DNA of 64,000 nt from an uncultured delta proteobacterium (GTDB lineage: Bacteria > Desulfobacterota > Syntrophorhabdia > Syntrophorhabdales > WCHB1-27): NCBI GenBank assembly GCA_963810935.1, contig CAWEPK010000008.1, positions 672,001 to 736,000 of the forward strand, read 5' to 3'. The notes under the pieces are model-generated. The model searched no databases. It saw only the letters and a list, made by a program, of their open reading frames with translations, and had not been told where the DNA came from. How positions within the stretch are numbered: the stretch's first letter is position 1; every line of letters starts with the position of its first letter. Position numbers and translations under genes: made by a program. Below, one piece after another: positions 30,389 through 41,494 of this stretch.

Positions 30389-30727
30389 TTAGAAGTCGCC
30401 CAGGGGCCTCGTAATCGCGAAGAAGAACGGCTTGCCCACAAGTTCATGATATACAGGCTTGGTCGTCCCGCTCGGCAGCGTGAAGGGCGTCGCAATGATC
30501 GCCAGGCCGAAGCCCAGTGCGAGCGCCGCCAGACCGGCGGGCCGCCCCACGAGGAGGTCGATCATTATCGCGAACTCATTGGGGTACGCGTAGTCCTTCT
30601 GCGGCGGATACGGCGTGCCCTGCGCCTCCATGAGCCGGGTACTCTCGCTCACCTCGGCAGCCCGCAGTGTCCAGCAGGGAAAGAGCATGGCCAGAAGGAC
30701 TAATCCGCAGACGATCCGTCTTCCCAT
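30389..30727 (-). CDS. Exported/membrane hypothetical protein
   Basis: RBS AAGGAGG, signal peptide, DLLVGRP...TRPLG. Confidence 0.6.
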   Translation of the reverse strand: MGRRIVCGLVLLAMLFPCWTLRAAEVSESTRLMEAQGTPYPPQKDYAYPNEFAIMIDLLVGRPAGLAALALGFGLAIIATPFTLPSGTTKPVYHELVGKPFFFAITRPLGDF

Positions 30728-30986
30728 GGGAAACCTCCTTTAGATAAGGAGCCGGCGCGCTATGAAGGCGCCTGCGTCCGTTTGCCCCATCCACGTGCGC
30801 CCCGGATGCCCGTCGCTCGCCTGGCCGCGTCCCAGTAAGCGCTTTCCAGCGCAACCCCCTGCGGCCCAAGAGGAGCGCTGATTGCCCTATATACTAATAA
30901 TATAAGACCTGTTGCCCCTCCCGGTCTAATCTGCTAAACTGGCTTCGGGTCGGCCGCGCCCTTACGTAAGCGACCGACGGCCGGAT

Positions 30987-32259
30987 ATGAAACAGACGTC
31001 GTCCTTTTTATTCCGCTTCGCAGACCCCCTGTACCCGTATGTAAAGGTCTATGCCAGCGGCCGCATGGCCGTTATGGCGTTTTTCGGCTTTTCGTCCGGA
31101 CTGCCCATAGGCCTTACGGGCGTGATGCTCCAGGCGTGGATGGCAGGCTCCGGCATCAACCTGCGGACTATAGGCATCTTTTCCCTGATCGGCGTCCCCT
31201 ATACGGTCAAGTTCCTCTGGTCCCCCTTCATGGACAGGTACATCCCCCTGCGCCTCGGCAGGCGCAGGGGGTGGCTCGTCCCCGTGCAGATCGCGCTCCT
31301 TGGGTCCATTGCCGGGCTCGCCTTCTGCTCGCCCACCGCAAGTCTGACCGCCTTCGGCCTGATCGCGCTCCTCATCGCCTTCAGACTCCGCAACCCAGGA
31401 CATCGCGATAGACGCGTACCGGACGGACCTCCTCTCCGAGGAGGAGAGGGGCGCAGGGGCCGCAGTCTCTGTGACCGCCTGGCGCATCGGCGCACTGATG
31501 TCGGGCGGTGCAGGCCTGATACTTGCCGACCACCTGGGCTTCCGCAACACGTATCTACTTATGGCCGGCCTCATGCTCGTGGGTATCGTGGCCACCCTTT
31601 TCGCGCCCGAGCCGGCCGACTCCGTCAAGGTGCCTAAAAGCATGGGCGAGGCGGTCTGGGGGCCATTCAAGGAATTTTTTGCGCGCGGCGGGGCCGTGAA
31701 GATTCTCGCCGCCGTCATCCTCTACAAGCTGGGTGACGCCTATGCGGAGACCCTCTCCACGGTCTTTCTCCTCAACCTGCATTTCTCGCTGACCGAGGTG
31801 GGGAGCATCAACAAGGTACTTGGGACTATTGCAACGATATGCGGCGCTGCGATTGCCGGGGGCCTCATGGTGCGCCTCGGCCTTTTCCGCTCGCTCATCG
31901 CGTTCGGCTGCCTGCAAATCGCCTCGATCCTCTCATTTATGGTCCTTGCGGTTATCGGCAAAAGCTACGCTTTGATGGCATTTGCCGTGACGTTCGAGAA
32001 GCTCTGCGCAGGCATGGGCACCTCGGCGTTCCTGGCGCTTTTGATGTCCCTCTGTAATAAGCGCTTCACCGCCACGCAGTACGCCCTGCTCTCGTCGCTG
32101 GCGTCCCTGGGGCGCGTCTTTGTCGGCCCCTCCGCCGGCTTCATCGTGGAGTATGCGGGCTGGGCCAATTTCTTCCTGTTCGCGGCAATCGCTGCAATAC
32201 CAGGCCTGGCGCTGCTGTATCACCTGAAGCCGGAAATAACCGGTGGAAAAAGACGGTAA
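30987..32259 (+). CDS. ampG: AmpG muropeptide MFS permease (apparent frameshift at about 31385)
   Basis: GFSSGLP, KFLWSP, GRRRGW, restored SATQDIAIDAYR, ATQYALL. Confidence 0.88.
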
Positions 32260-32304
32260 GGGTGATACGGCCGGGTTAATTTGGCGGTTTTCCCCCGTCC
32301 CCCG

Positions 32305-35289
32305 CTACTGCCCGATTTCGGGCGCGAAACCGCGCCGCGCCGTGTTCTCGGTCGAGACGCGCGGGTCCATAAAATGGAGCAGGTATTCCTCCCCGCCCGC
32401 CTTCGTGCCTATGCCGGACATCTTAAAGCCGCCGAAAGGCTGGCGGCCGACAAGCGCGCCTGTGATGCGCCTGTTCAGGTAGAGGTTGCCCACCATGAAA
32501 TTCTTCCGCGCCTCATCCAAACGGCGGGGACTGCGGCTAAATACGCCGCCCGTCAGGGCAAACCGCGTCGAATTCGCCCAGATAATCGCCTCCTCGAAAC
32601 TCTTCACCTTCATGACTGCCAGGACGGGCCCGAATATCTCTTCCTGGGCCACCCTGTGTTCCGGCCGGATATCGCCGACGATTGTGACGGGCACATAGTT
32701 ATCTCCGGGCGGCACCCGGCCCGAATAAAGTATCTTCCCTTCCTCGCGGGCGATCTCGATGTAACCCATGATCCTCGCCCTGGCGTTTGCGTCGCAGACC
32801 GGCCCCAAGAAGAAGGTGGGGTCTTCGGCGGGCCCCACGGCGAGCGAGTCGGCTGCCTTCACGAGGCGCTCGACGAAGCTTTCGTAAATCGATTCGAGGA
32901 CGATCAGCCGCGAGCACGAGGAGCATTTCTGCCCCTGAAAGCCGAAAGCGGAAACGAGCACCTCCGGGACAGCCTCGTCGAGGTCCGCGTCCTCGTCGAT
33001 GATTATGGCGTTTTTCCCTCCCATCTCGCAGATAACCCTCTTCACGTTCGCCTGCCCGTCGGATGCGACGGCCGTTCTTTCTATGATCGAAAGGCCGACC
33101 TTGGTCGAGCCGGTGAATGCTATGGTGCTGATTGCCGGATGATCGACCAGATATTCGGCGATCACCTCCGTGCGGCCGGGGACGAAGTTGAGGACGCCGG
33201 CCGGAAGGTCCGCGTGCCGGAATGCCTCGACAAGCATGCGGCCTATCGCCGGCGTGAGGGGCGATGGCTTGTAGACAACGCAGTTGCCCGCGACGATGGC
33301 CGCAGACACCATGCCCGCGCTAATGGCGAGCGGAAAATTCCAGGGGGCTATCACAACGGAAACGCCCCTCGGCTCATACCATGAAAGATTGACTTCCCCA
33401 GGGGGCGAGGACAACCTGCGGGGCGCTCCTATGCGTATCATCTCCTGCGCATAGTACCTCAGGAAATCGATAGCTTCGGCGACGTCCGCGTGCGCCTCCC
33501 ACCATTGTTTGCCGATCTCTATGACCTGCAGGGCGGCAAGCTCGTACCTCTGCCCGCACATCCAGTCGGCCGCTTTCAGCAGATAGGCAGCCCGCGCCTC
33601 CGGCGGCGTCTTTCGCCATTTACCGAAGGCCTTATCGGCCGCATCAATGGCGGCTTGCGCGTCCCCCTTCCCTGCCTGGCTCACCTGCGCGATGACCTCG
33701 GCCGGGTCGGCGGGGTTCGTCGATGGAATGATGTCTGCGGTCCTGCGGTCCGACCCGTCGATGAAAAGGTCGCAGGCCGCGCCGGCCTGTCTGCGGCGCA
33801 CCTCCGAGACAGCTACCGCAAAGCGCTCGCGCTCTTCCTTCTTGCTGAAATCGACGGCAGGGGCATTTGTGAAATGGTGTATGGAGGGTGGGGGCGCAAG
33901 CTGGTTTCCCATCCGCTCCAACGGGTCCTGAAGGAGCACGGCCGCGTCTTCCCCTTTGGCGAACATGAGGCGCAGGAAACCCTGGTTGGCCGTGTTTTCG
34001 AGGAGGCGGCGGACAAGATATGCCATGCCCGGCACCATGCTACCATATGGACAGTAAAGCCGCACCCTCTGACCTGCCTCCACCAGCGTTTTGCGTATGG
34101 GCTCCGCCATCCCGTAAAGGAGCTGAAACTCATAACGGTCGGCGGGGACACCGGCGCTTTCCGCGATGGCAATGACTGCGGCGATGGAGCGTATGTTGTG
34201 AGAGCCGCAGCCCAGGAAAGCAGTATCGTGGTTTGCCAGGATGAGCGCGGCGTGGCGCTCGAAGGCGGCATCCGTGTCGGCCTTGTCGACGCGTACGGGC
34301 GGCGTCCACCCGTTCTGGGCGGCCTTCATCACCTCGTAATCCCAGTACGCCCCCTTGACGAGCCTGATGGAGACGGGCAGGGACTCTTCCCTGCTCCACG
34401 CCAGGAGCCTCTCGATATCGTCGTCCGTCTCGGTCAGGTACGACTGGATCGCAATGCTGAGGTAAGGGTAAGCCGGGTATGCGACGCGAAGCCTCTTATA
34501 GAGCTCGATGAACATACTTTTAAGCTCGTGCGACTCCATGTCTATGCAGAGGCTGCCCCCCGCTTTAATGACCCTCTCGTAGACCGGACGCAGACGGGCC
34601 GCCATCGCCTCGACCGAGCCGTCGAAATCCTGCGGCCTTACCTGCGAATAAAGGGCGCTTGGCTTTAGCGATACTGCTATCAGGGGAGCGTACCCCCAAT
34701 CGAGGTCCAAGCCGGAGGCCGGTTTGCCTAGGGACCGCCAGTGCCCCCTTCCCGCAACCAGACTATCGATGAGGGCCATGCACCGGGAGGCATACGCGGC
34801 CGCCTCGTCCTCGCTTATCACGGTCTCGCCGAGGGGGTCTACGGAGAACGCGCATCCTTCTCGCCGCACCGCCGTAAGGCCTTTAAGCACGCCCCTTTTG
34901 TCCCGGCTGACAATGAACTGCCTTCCCAGCTTCTCGATGCTGTAGCGGATCATGGCGGCAAGGAGCGCAACGCCTGCGTGTCCGCCGGAGGCGGCGGCCT
35001 TCAAGGCAAAACGCAGGGGGCCGGGGGCACGGACCTTCCCTTCGCCGAAATATTCGACCAGGTGGCGGGCAACCGACGCAGGCTCCGAAAGCGTAGGAAA
35101 GACGTCGATAAAACGGAGCATGGCCGTCCGGAACGCGGCGTCCTCGATGACCCAGCTTATCATCCTGCCGGCCCATCGCCGCTGTTCGAAAATCGACGGC
35201 CGCTGCCGTCCGACCGCCTCGATAAACGCCCTGCCGTTTTCGACGATGACAGCGTTCAGCCTCTGCCGGTCCGCGATAAAGCCTTCCAT
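32305..35289 (-). CDS. putA: Bifunctional proline dehydrogenase / P5C dehydrogenase
   Basis: RLVKGAYWDYE, YLVRRLLEN, PWNFP, EMGGKN, GQKCS, EEIFGP. Confidence 0.95.
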   Translation of the reverse strand: MEGFIADRQRLNAVIVENGRAFIEAVGRQRPSIFEQRRWAGRMISWVIEDAAFRTAMLRFIDVFPTLSEPASVARHLVEYFGEGKVRAPGPLRFALKAAASGGHAGVALLAAMIRYSIEKLGRQFIVSRDKRGVLKGLTAVRREGCAFSVDPLGETVISEDEAAAYASRCMALIDSLVAGRGHWRSLGKPASGLDLDWGYAPLIAVSLKPSALYSQVRPQDFDGSVEAMAARLRPVYERVIKAGGSLCIDMESHELKSMFIELYKRLRVAYPAYPYLSIAIQSYLTETDDDIERLLAWSREESLPVSIRLVKGAYWDYEVMKAAQNGWTPPVRVDKADTDAAFERHAALILANHDTAFLGCGSHNIRSIAAVIAIAESAGVPADRYEFQLLYGMAEPIRKTLVEAGQRVRLYCPYGSMVPGMAYLVRRLLENTANQGFLRLMFAKGEDAAVLLQDPLERMGNQLAPPPSIHHFTNAPAVDFSKKEERERFAVAVSEVRRRQAGAACDLFIDGSDRRTADIIPSTNPADPAEVIAQVSQAGKGDAQAAIDAADKAFGKWRKTPPEARAAYLLKAADWMCGQRYELAALQVIEIGKQWWEAHADVAEAIDFLRYYAQEMIRIGAPRRLSSPPGEVNLSWYEPRGVSVVIAPWNFPLAISAGMVSAAIVAGNCVVYKPSPLTPAIGRMLVEAFRHADLPAGVLNFVPGRTEVIAEYLVDHPAISTIAFTGSTKVGLSIIERTAVASDGQANVKRVICEMGGKNAIIIDEDADLDEAVPEVLVSAFGFQGQKCSSCSRLIVLESIYESFVERLVKAADSLAVGPAEDPTFFLGPVCDANARARIMGYIEIAREEGKILYSGRVPPGDNYVPVTIVGDIRPEHRVAQEEIFGPVLAVMKVKSFEEAIIWANSTRFALTGGVFSRSPRRLDEARKNFMVGNLYLNRRITGALVGRQPFGGFKMSGIGTKAGGEEYLLHFMDPRVSTENTARRGFAPEIGQ

Positions 35290-35379
35290 AGCTTTAAGAA
35301 ATATAGTTCTCCCGGGCTTTATCTACCGTATAAAGAAGGTCTCTAAGCGGACCGGCGGGCTCATACCGAACGGGATAAG

Positions 35380-36429
35380 TCATGCTGCCCGGTAGGCGGC
35401 GGCCTCCTCGGACACCGGCGGCGCGACATATGGAAAATCAGGGCGAAGCGTGCCGGTAGCCGCGCCCCGGTTCAGGCCGTCGGAGAGCGCCGCGTTAACG
35501 ACGATCGAGAACATAACTTCCGGCGCGTTGTCGGTCAGTGCCCTGCCGTTCCGCTTCGCAAAGCCGAAGACGGCAGGCGTGCCGACCTCGTAGCGCAGGA
35601 TGTCCGGGAAGCAGAGAGCAGCGACCGACTCGCCATACGCCCGAGGGTCGGCGCTCGTCCCCATAGCTGCTACGACGCCGGCGACGAGCCTGCTGATGAT
35701 TGGCCCGTATAGCTCCCGGTCCTCTTTCGGCTGGGTGGTGTTGTAGGCGCTGGACCGCTCGCCGTCATCGGGGTTGAAGATCGGCTGTATCATCGGCTGC
35801 CCTGCCCGGTTGATCTGCCGCCAGCCGCCTGCGTCGGTGGGAAGGGCGGTCACGCCCCAGAAGCCGATCGCAGCGGCGCCTATCTCGCTATCAGGCACCT
35901 CTATGATGATCGAGCTGACCGTTGTATTGGCAAAAGCGTTGATCGCCTTCTCCCTGCTCCATCCGGTCAAATCGATGGCCGACCCGTTCGCCACTGCCTT
36001 GCGGATGGCGCCCAGCACTGTAGGATCGATATAGAACGGCTCTCCGGCGACCCCCGCCCATACGCGCACACCTCCCTGGCCGGTAATAGACTCCTCTGTA
36101 CGGCCCTGCGCGAGCAGCGCCCCTTTTGCGGTCCGGTCCCGCGACGCGCCGCCGTCGAGGCGGCGCAGTTCCAAAGCCTGGCGGCCGTCCCCCTCGCCCT
36201 GTCCGAACGACACACGGAACGTCACGTCCTCCACTGCGTCCCCGTCGGTATCCACCTTGAACTCATACAGCGCCTCGGGATGAAAGCGCTCGGAATATTT
36301 CCGGCCGGCAATCGATGAGTTGCTGTTCATCACGAACACGGTACCCATCGTGCCCCGGAAAAGGTAAACGTCGGTAATGTCCAGACGCGTGTCCTCTCGC
36401 GCGAGTGGCGAATCGAGATGGTGTGACAT
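35380..36429 (-). CDS. DUF4331-family protein
   Basis: MSHHLDSP...DITDVY, NGRALTD, FPY. Confidence 0.75.
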   Translation of the reverse strand: MSHHLDSPLAREDTRLDITDVYLFRGTMGTVFVMNSNSSIAGRKYSERFHPEALYEFKVDTDGDAVEDVTFRVSFGQGEGDGRQALELRRLDGGASRDRTAKGALLAQGRTEESITGQGGVRVWAGVAGEPFYIDPTVLGAIRKAVANGSAIDLTGWSREKAINAFANTTVSSIIIEVPDSEIGAAAIGFWGVTALPTDAGGWRQINRAGQPMIQPIFNPDDGERSSAYNTTQPKEDRELYGPIISRLVAGVVAAMGTSADPRAYGESVAALCFPDILRYEVGTPAVFGFAKRNGRALTDNAPEVMFSIVVNAALSDGLNRGAATGTLRPDFPYVAPPVSEEAAAYRAA

Positions 36430-36491
36430 GGTGATTCCTCCTGATTTCCTTCCTTGTCCTCTCCTATCGCTCTTTCCGCATGGCCTTCCGG

Positions 36492-37532
36492 TCACGATTT
36501 TGGCGCACCACGGATGGCGGCGGCGGCCTGGCGTAATGCAGCCTTCGTCTCAGGCAGGTCCCGGAGTGCGTTGAGGGTCACGAAGTCGTGGATCATCCCG
36601 TTATAGCGGGTTGCCACCACCGGGACGCCGGCATCCATGAGCTTGCGGGCATAGGCTTCACCTTCGTCGCGAAGCGGATCGTTCTCCGCAGTAATAACGA
36701 GCGCCGGAGGCAGGCCCTGTAGCTCCTTGTTGTCTGCTCTGAGCGGAGACACGTAAGGGTTGTTGCGCGTTTTCTCATCGGGCGCGTAGAGGTCCCAACC
36801 ATACTTCATGAACGCCCGCGTCAAGAACCGGCCGGTGCCGAACTCCTGGTAGGACTTTGTATCGACAGTCGCATTTGTGGCGGGGATCAGGAGTATTTGG
36901 CAAGCGATCTTCGGGCCGTTCCGGTCCTTCGCCATGAGCGTCAACGCCGCCGTCATGTCTCCCCCAACCGAGTTGCCCGCGATCGCGATACGAGAGGCGT
37001 CCGCGCCGAGTTCATCGGCATGCGCGGCAGCCCACTTCAGCGTCGCGTAGCTCTCTTCCAGTTGCGTCGGGAATTTCGCCGCTGGGAGCGGCGTATACTC
37101 CGGGAAGACGCCCACGTATCCCGATCCGACAACCAGGTCACGCATCAGCCGCTTGTGGTTCTCGAAGTTACCAACGATCCAGACGCCGCCGTGGATAAAG
37201 AGCAGCAACCCCGGCTTGCCCTTCATCTGCTGCGGCTGCATGATGTACACCTTCACGGTGCGCCCGTCCTGGGTGATAGTCCGTTCGTTGACGGTCACAC
37301 CGGACATGTCGACCGGCGTCTTGTTTTGGAGGGCGGTGAGGATTTCCTGCGGCTTGGGCTGGGGCAGCTCCCAAAAGGGGCTGCTATTCTTGTTGAGCTC
37401 TGCAAGAAACGACCGAACCTGCGGGGCGATTCGAGGGTCGGTCGCCGCGTTCGGCACTTGAGCCGCCAATGCCTGACTCGCAAGGATCATAATCCCTAAT
37501 GCGAAAACCGCTAAGATCCTGAAACATTTCAT
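36492..37532 (-). CDS. Exported HSL-family alpha/beta hydrolase (esterase)
   Basis: Signal peptide, HGG, GNSVGG, DPLRDEG, HDF. Confidence 0.88.
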   Translation of the reverse strand: MKCFRILAVFALGIMILASQALAAQVPNAATDPRIAPQVRSFLAELNKNSSPFWELPQPKPQEILTALQNKTPVDMSGVTVNERTITQDGRTVKVYIMQPQQMKGKPGLLLFIHGGVWIVGNFENHKRLMRDLVVGSGYVGVFPEYTPLPAAKFPTQLEESYATLKWAAAHADELGADASRIAIAGNSVGGDMTAALTLMAKDRNGPKIACQILLIPATNATVDTKSYQEFGTGRFLTRAFMKYGWDLYAPDEKTRNNPYVSPLRADNKELQGLPPALVITAENDPLRDEGEAYARKLMDAGVPVVATRYNGMIHDFVTLNALRDLPETKAALRQAAAAIRGAPKS

Positions 37533-37653
37533 TTGCAGTCTCCTTTCAGCGCTGAACGGCACGCTCCTCCTTCCGAGCGAGATCGCGGCCGCAGTTTCCT
37601 ACGGCCCAGACAGTACGGCAGGCTCGCGCCTTCCGTTCTGCGCCTTCTTTCCC

Positions 37654-38505
37654 CTACGCCGCTTTCCGTCCCCGCTGTTCCTTTCGGGTAACGAAGCTAA
37701 GCAGGTCGGCGTTTATTACATCGGCATGTATCGTTGGCATACCGTGCGGGTACTTCTCATAGACCTTCAACGTGGCATCCTTGAGGAGCTTCACGGACAG
37801 CCGCGCCGCGTCATCGATGGGCACGATCTGGTCATCGTCGCCGTGCATTACGAGCGTCGGCACGTCGATCATCTTGAGATCCTCGGTAAGGTCCGTTTCC
37901 GAGAAGGCCTTGATGCCGTCATAATGCGCTTTGGCACTGCCGATCATCCCCTGGCGCCACCAATTCTGAATCACGCCCTGGAACACCTTTGCGCCTGGGC
38001 GGTTGAAACCGTAGAAGGGACCGCTCGCCATATCGAGGTAGAACTGTGCGCGGTTGGCGGCGAGCTGCTTACGGAGACCGTCGAACACCTCGATCGGCAG
38101 GCCGCCGGGATTGGCCGATGTCTTCAGCATCAACGGCGGCACGGCGCTCATGAGCACCAGCTTTGCGACACGGCCTTTGCCGTGGCGGGCGACATAGCGG
38201 GCCGCCTCGCCGCCGCCCGTGGAGTGGCCGATGTGGATGGTGTTGCGCAAATCCAGGTGGTCTATAACTGCGGCAGCGTCGGCGGCGTAATGGTCCATGT
38301 CATGGCCGCTGCCGACCTGGCTCGACCGGCCATGTCCGCGCCGGTCAAAAGCGACGACGCGGTAGCCCTTCTCGACGAAGTAGAGCATCTGCGTATCCCA
38401 GTCGTCGCTGCTCAGGGGCCAGCCGTGATGAAAAACTATCGGCTGACCTGAGCCCCAGTCCTTGTAATAGATTTCGGTGCCGTCTTTTGTCTTTACTGTG
38501 GGCAT
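37654..38505 (-). CDS. cpo: Non-heme haloperoxidase / arylesterase (alpha/beta hydrolase)
   Basis: [35 protein letters not shown]. Confidence 0.88.
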   Translation of the reverse strand: MPTVKTKDGTEIYYKDWGSGQPIVFHHGWPLSSDDWDTQMLYFVEKGYRVVAFDRRGHGRSSQVGSGHDMDHYAADAAAVIDHLDLRNTIHIGHSTGGGEAARYVARHGKGRVAKLVLMSAVPPLMLKTSANPGGLPIEVFDGLRKQLAANRAQFYLDMASGPFYGFNRPGAKVFQGVIQNWWRQGMIGSAKAHYDGIKAFSETDLTEDLKMIDVPTLVMHGDDDQIVPIDDAARLSVKLLKDATLKVYEKYPHGMPTIHADVINADLLSFVTRKEQRGRKAA

Positions 38506-38674
38506 GACATACCTCCTTTCTGTCTTACAAGAAGACGCGCAGTCTGCTATTACGTCTGATTGTAAGTTGTTGTCCCTTATTGCGAGTAAGTAATCACGGC
38601 ACTTCCGGGTGTCAAGGAGGAAGGGATTTGCGGGCATGGTCCTCTCACGGACCGACCTTCGGCAAGCGCAGTTA

Positions 38675-39145
38675 TTATTTGCTGATTTCTTTACGGAGGT
38701 TCCAGATATTTCCCACTGCCTTGCTTATCATCCGGCAGTTTTCCTCTCAGGGAAGAAAGAGCGGGGAGGCTACTATTTTGGCGGAAGCGGGAAGACCCGG
38801 TTTTGTGGGCATAACGGTTGCAGGCAGAGCCGGAGGGGCCGGAGGTTGATCCTGTGGCTTGAGAGGAGCCGCCTGAGGGGCGGCGTCCTGTGGCTGCTGG
38901 GGCGGGGACAGCGGAGGAGGCGTCGCCGGATTGGTTGGTGCCTGGGGCGAGGGCGCAGTGCCCTTGGGCGGAGGAGTGGGGCCGGGCAGCCAGAGGGCAG
39001 CACCGGACGCAGGAGAAGGTGGCTGGTCAGCAGAGAAGCCGGGAAGGGGACAGAGGAACAGGAGATAGGAAAGACAGGATACAAGCAGGATGAGGGCAGG
39101 AAATCCCCGCGACTTAAAAGCCTTCCTGGTGATCGATGTGCTCAA
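38675..39145 (-). CDS. Exported Pro-rich protein, candidate selenoprotein (in-frame TGA at 38747-38749)
   Basis: TTG start with GAAAGG RBS, signal peptide, Pro-rich linker, ...[28 protein letters not shown] then TAA TAA. Confidence 0.55.
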
Positions 39146-39309
39146 CAGTGTACCTTTCTTCTTTCCCTTCGCCGTTCTTGCCGGTTGCGGCCTGCGACCG
39201 CAAAACAGTTCAATCATTACCGAGAAGAGCAGAGTGGTTATGATGTTTTTTCTATTGCTCTAAGTCATCTAATTCACATACATTAAAGACAAGGGACATT
39301 GCCAAGTCG

Positions 39310-39323
39310 GCTAATTGCGTGCC
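39310..39323 (-). promoter_or_regulatory. Putative sigma54 -24/-12 promoter
   Basis: GGCACGCAATTAGC (GG-N10-GC) upstream of the 39145 gene. Confidence 0.5.
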
Positions 39324-39421
39324 CGATCCGTTTGCCAGCTTCTGGCCCGATGTCTAAGTTACAGAAGTTACCTACGTCCCCCAGCGCATACTGACCCCTT
39401 TATCCCCTGTCCTGCTTCCTG

Positions 39422-39790
39422 TTAGCCGTTCTTTGCACTCCACGAGATTAGCACTTTGTAAAAAGCCAGAATACTAGTCAAGACAGCAGCCATAACCATA
39501 GACAAAGCTAAGCCAAAGTGATTTGAGAAAACAAAACTATTGGAGTACAAGAGACAAGAAGTTGCAAGCAGGAAGTAGATCGGTTTTATGTTCTTTTCGG
39601 GGACCTTCCACATACACCAATAGAGTATGATTGGAATGCCGAATCTAATGAAGAGACCCCAATTTCTCGACGAGCCATGATGCGTGACAAACATCGTAGC
39701 CACGGTGTAGCTCTGACCTACGATAAGCAATCCCATGCATACACAGATCAACCATTTAGGTGCCACGAAGCCTTTCCTTAACGTACGCAT
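39422..39790 (-). CDS. Small membrane protein, putative immunity protein
   Basis: About 4 TM segments, lower GC, RBS GGAGG, follows the orphan toxin-like fragment. Confidence 0.6.
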   Translation of the reverse strand: MRTLRKGFVAPKWLICVCMGLLIVGQSYTVATMFVTHHGSSRNWGLFIRFGIPIILYWCMWKVPEKNIKPIYFLLATSCLLYSNSFVFSNHFGLALSMVMAAVLTSILAFYKVLISWSAKNG

Positions 39791-39818
39791 ACTCCTCCCA
39801 ACACTCTTTCTAACTACA

Positions 39819-39980
39819 TCAGTCAAAATTATCCGGCATGGGCCCCGGCCCTGTTCTGTCATCAAAAGTTGCATAATCATAGCATTCGGCTGCAACTCCC
39901 CCTGCTACAGCTCCTTCGCCGACAGCAGCAACACCGAGGCCGAGAAAGATATTGAATCGGGCCACGGCTGCCCCTGCCAT
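39819..39980 (-). pseudogene. Orphan Gly/Ala-rich toxin C-terminal-like fragment
   Basis: MAGAAVARFNIFLGLGVAAVGEGAVAGGVAAECYDY...; starts right at the transposon repeat; composition resembles the Rhs tip. Confidence 0.45.
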
Positions 39981-39981
39981 G

Positions 39982-41015
39982 ATAGGGGACGTAGTTGACT
40001 AACGTGACTCGTCCTCCATTCTCTGCATAATCCTCGACACGCCCGACGTGCTGATGCCCAGTTGCCGTCCGATTTCAGCGAATGAAATACCCAGTTCTTT
40101 TACAAGGGTAAAGGCTATTTCCGACCTTAGACGTGCAATGCTGCCTGCCCGGTTTCCTCCTCTCAGCGCGTCCGGTAGCATTCCCGCTTTTCTGCAATGG
40201 TGCTCGATAAGGTCCGTCATCTTTTTCTGGCGTTCCCCGGCAGAGGGGTAATGATGTTCCTGACTAAGGAGACGCGTTACGAAATCGTCCGTGCCGAGAA
40301 TCCTTTCGTCGGCAAGGACGGGGGAGTTTCTGCGTTGAATTGTTTGGGCCGGTCCGCCAAGAGACCGCACAAGACCACCGCCATCGAGGTCGGGGACGTG
40401 CTTCTTCTCAATCCCCGCTTTTATAAAGGTCTTGTAAGCTTTAAGGGACCCAAAGCAGTTGAGAACGTAAGCTGTGTCATGCCACGTGAGGGTATTCTCC
40501 CGGACGAGAGAGCGATGGCCGCTCCATGGGTAGCTCTCAAGTTCCTTCACGTCCTTGACGACTCTCGCTCGGAGCGGATTGAGATGGATATAGCGGATCA
40601 ATTCCCTGAAGTAAGGGCCTTCCTCACATACAATAGAGGTGTAGCGGTTCTGAAAGAGGTGGCCGGCCCTTCGGTGTCTTCTGTTGTAGCTTGTGGCGTA
40701 GCCCGTCAGGAGGCGGCGCATAAACCGCGATAGGCCGCCGGCTCCGCTCCGGAGAAGAACGTGGAAATGGTTGGGGATAAGGGCGAACGCATAGACAGGT
40801 GTCCCGGTCGTCTGTGATAAGAGGCCCAACCGTTCGAGGAAGCTTTCGCGGTCTCTATCGTCCCTGAAGATAGATGCGCGTTCTATCCCACGGGCCATGA
40901 CATGGTGTAAAGTCCCTTCCGCATCAAGACGCGCTTTCCGGGGCATGGTCATCCTTCCCGCTCTGGCTCAATCATGTCGTTTTGTCTTGTCACGTTAGTC
41001 AACTACGTCCCCTAT
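39982..41015. mobile_element. Y1/HUH (RAYT-like) element with perfect 27-bp terminal inverted repeats
   Basis: ATAGGGGACGTAGTTGACTAACGTGAC at 39982-40008 and its exact reverse complement at 40989-41015. Confidence 0.85.
39999..40952 (-). CDS. REP-associated-type tyrosine (HUH Y1) transposase with C-terminal HTH
   Basis: MPRKAR, HHVMARG, PNHFH (HUH), GHLFQNRY, YIHLNP, YPWS; HTH ISFAEIGRQLGIS. Confidence 0.9.
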   Translation of the reverse strand: MTMPRKARLDAEGTLHHVMARGIERASIFRDDRDRESFLERLGLLSQTTGTPVYAFALIPNHFHVLLRSGAGGLSRFMRRLLTGYATSYNRRHRRAGHLFQNRYTSIVCEEGPYFRELIRYIHLNPLRARVVKDVKELESYPWSGHRSLVRENTLTWHDTAYVLNCFGSLKAYKTFIKAGIEKKHVPDLDGGGLVRSLGGPAQTIQRRNSPVLADERILGTDDFVTRLLSQEHHYPSAGERQKKMTDLIEHHCRKAGMLPDALRGGNRAGSIARLRSEIAFTLVKELGISFAEIGRQLGISTSGVSRIMQRMEDESR

Positions 41016-41026
41016 TTGGTCCCAAA

Positions 41027-41494
41027 TTAACCTGTCCGCTTATGCCTTCGCAGTTTTTTAGCCCTTATTATCATAATTACAGCGATTAGAATCACGCCCG
41101 TCATAAACACTATCCCAAAGATGGGCATCTTAAAAATCAAGAAGAAGAATACCCCGAGGGCTGCCAAAACTAATAGCAGAACGGAGAGTAAGAGTATGGG
41201 TACTATTTCTCTAACCGATCTCTTTTTCCCGCTATGCATGAGAGCCAAAAAGATCGCTTGGATTCCTGTAAATATCACGATGAATATGGCAGTGGGGATT
41301 GCGTCGTAGGCTGAGATATGAAGCACCATTCCTGAAAATAAAATTATCGGTGCCAACAAGAGTCTCGAAATTGTCCTAAGCTGGCATAGTACTTTTTCAC
41401 TGCCGGGGAGATAATCTCTCCAGAGGAGGGGGATCAGGGGCACTTCCACGATGACAGACGCGATCAATATTCTTGGCCAATTGATATCCATCAT
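41027..41494 (-). CDS. Multi-TM putative Rhs immunity protein
   Basis: ATGA overlap with the Rhs stop; highly hydrophobic; lower GC. Confidence 0.7.
   Translation of the reverse strand: MMDINWPRILIASVIVEVPLIPLLWRDYLPGSEKVLCQLRTISRLLLAPIILFSGMVLHISAYDAIPTAIFIVIFTGIQAIFLALMHSGKKRSVREIVPILLLSVLLLVLAALGVFFFLIFKMPIFGIVFMTGVILIAVIMIIRAKKLRRHKRTG

Noticed and set aside
30760..30890. GEMM-like fragments (GGGCAA, GAAA, TGGGACGC) on the minus strand
   Set aside because: The second half of the aptamer is missing and the spacing is inconsistent
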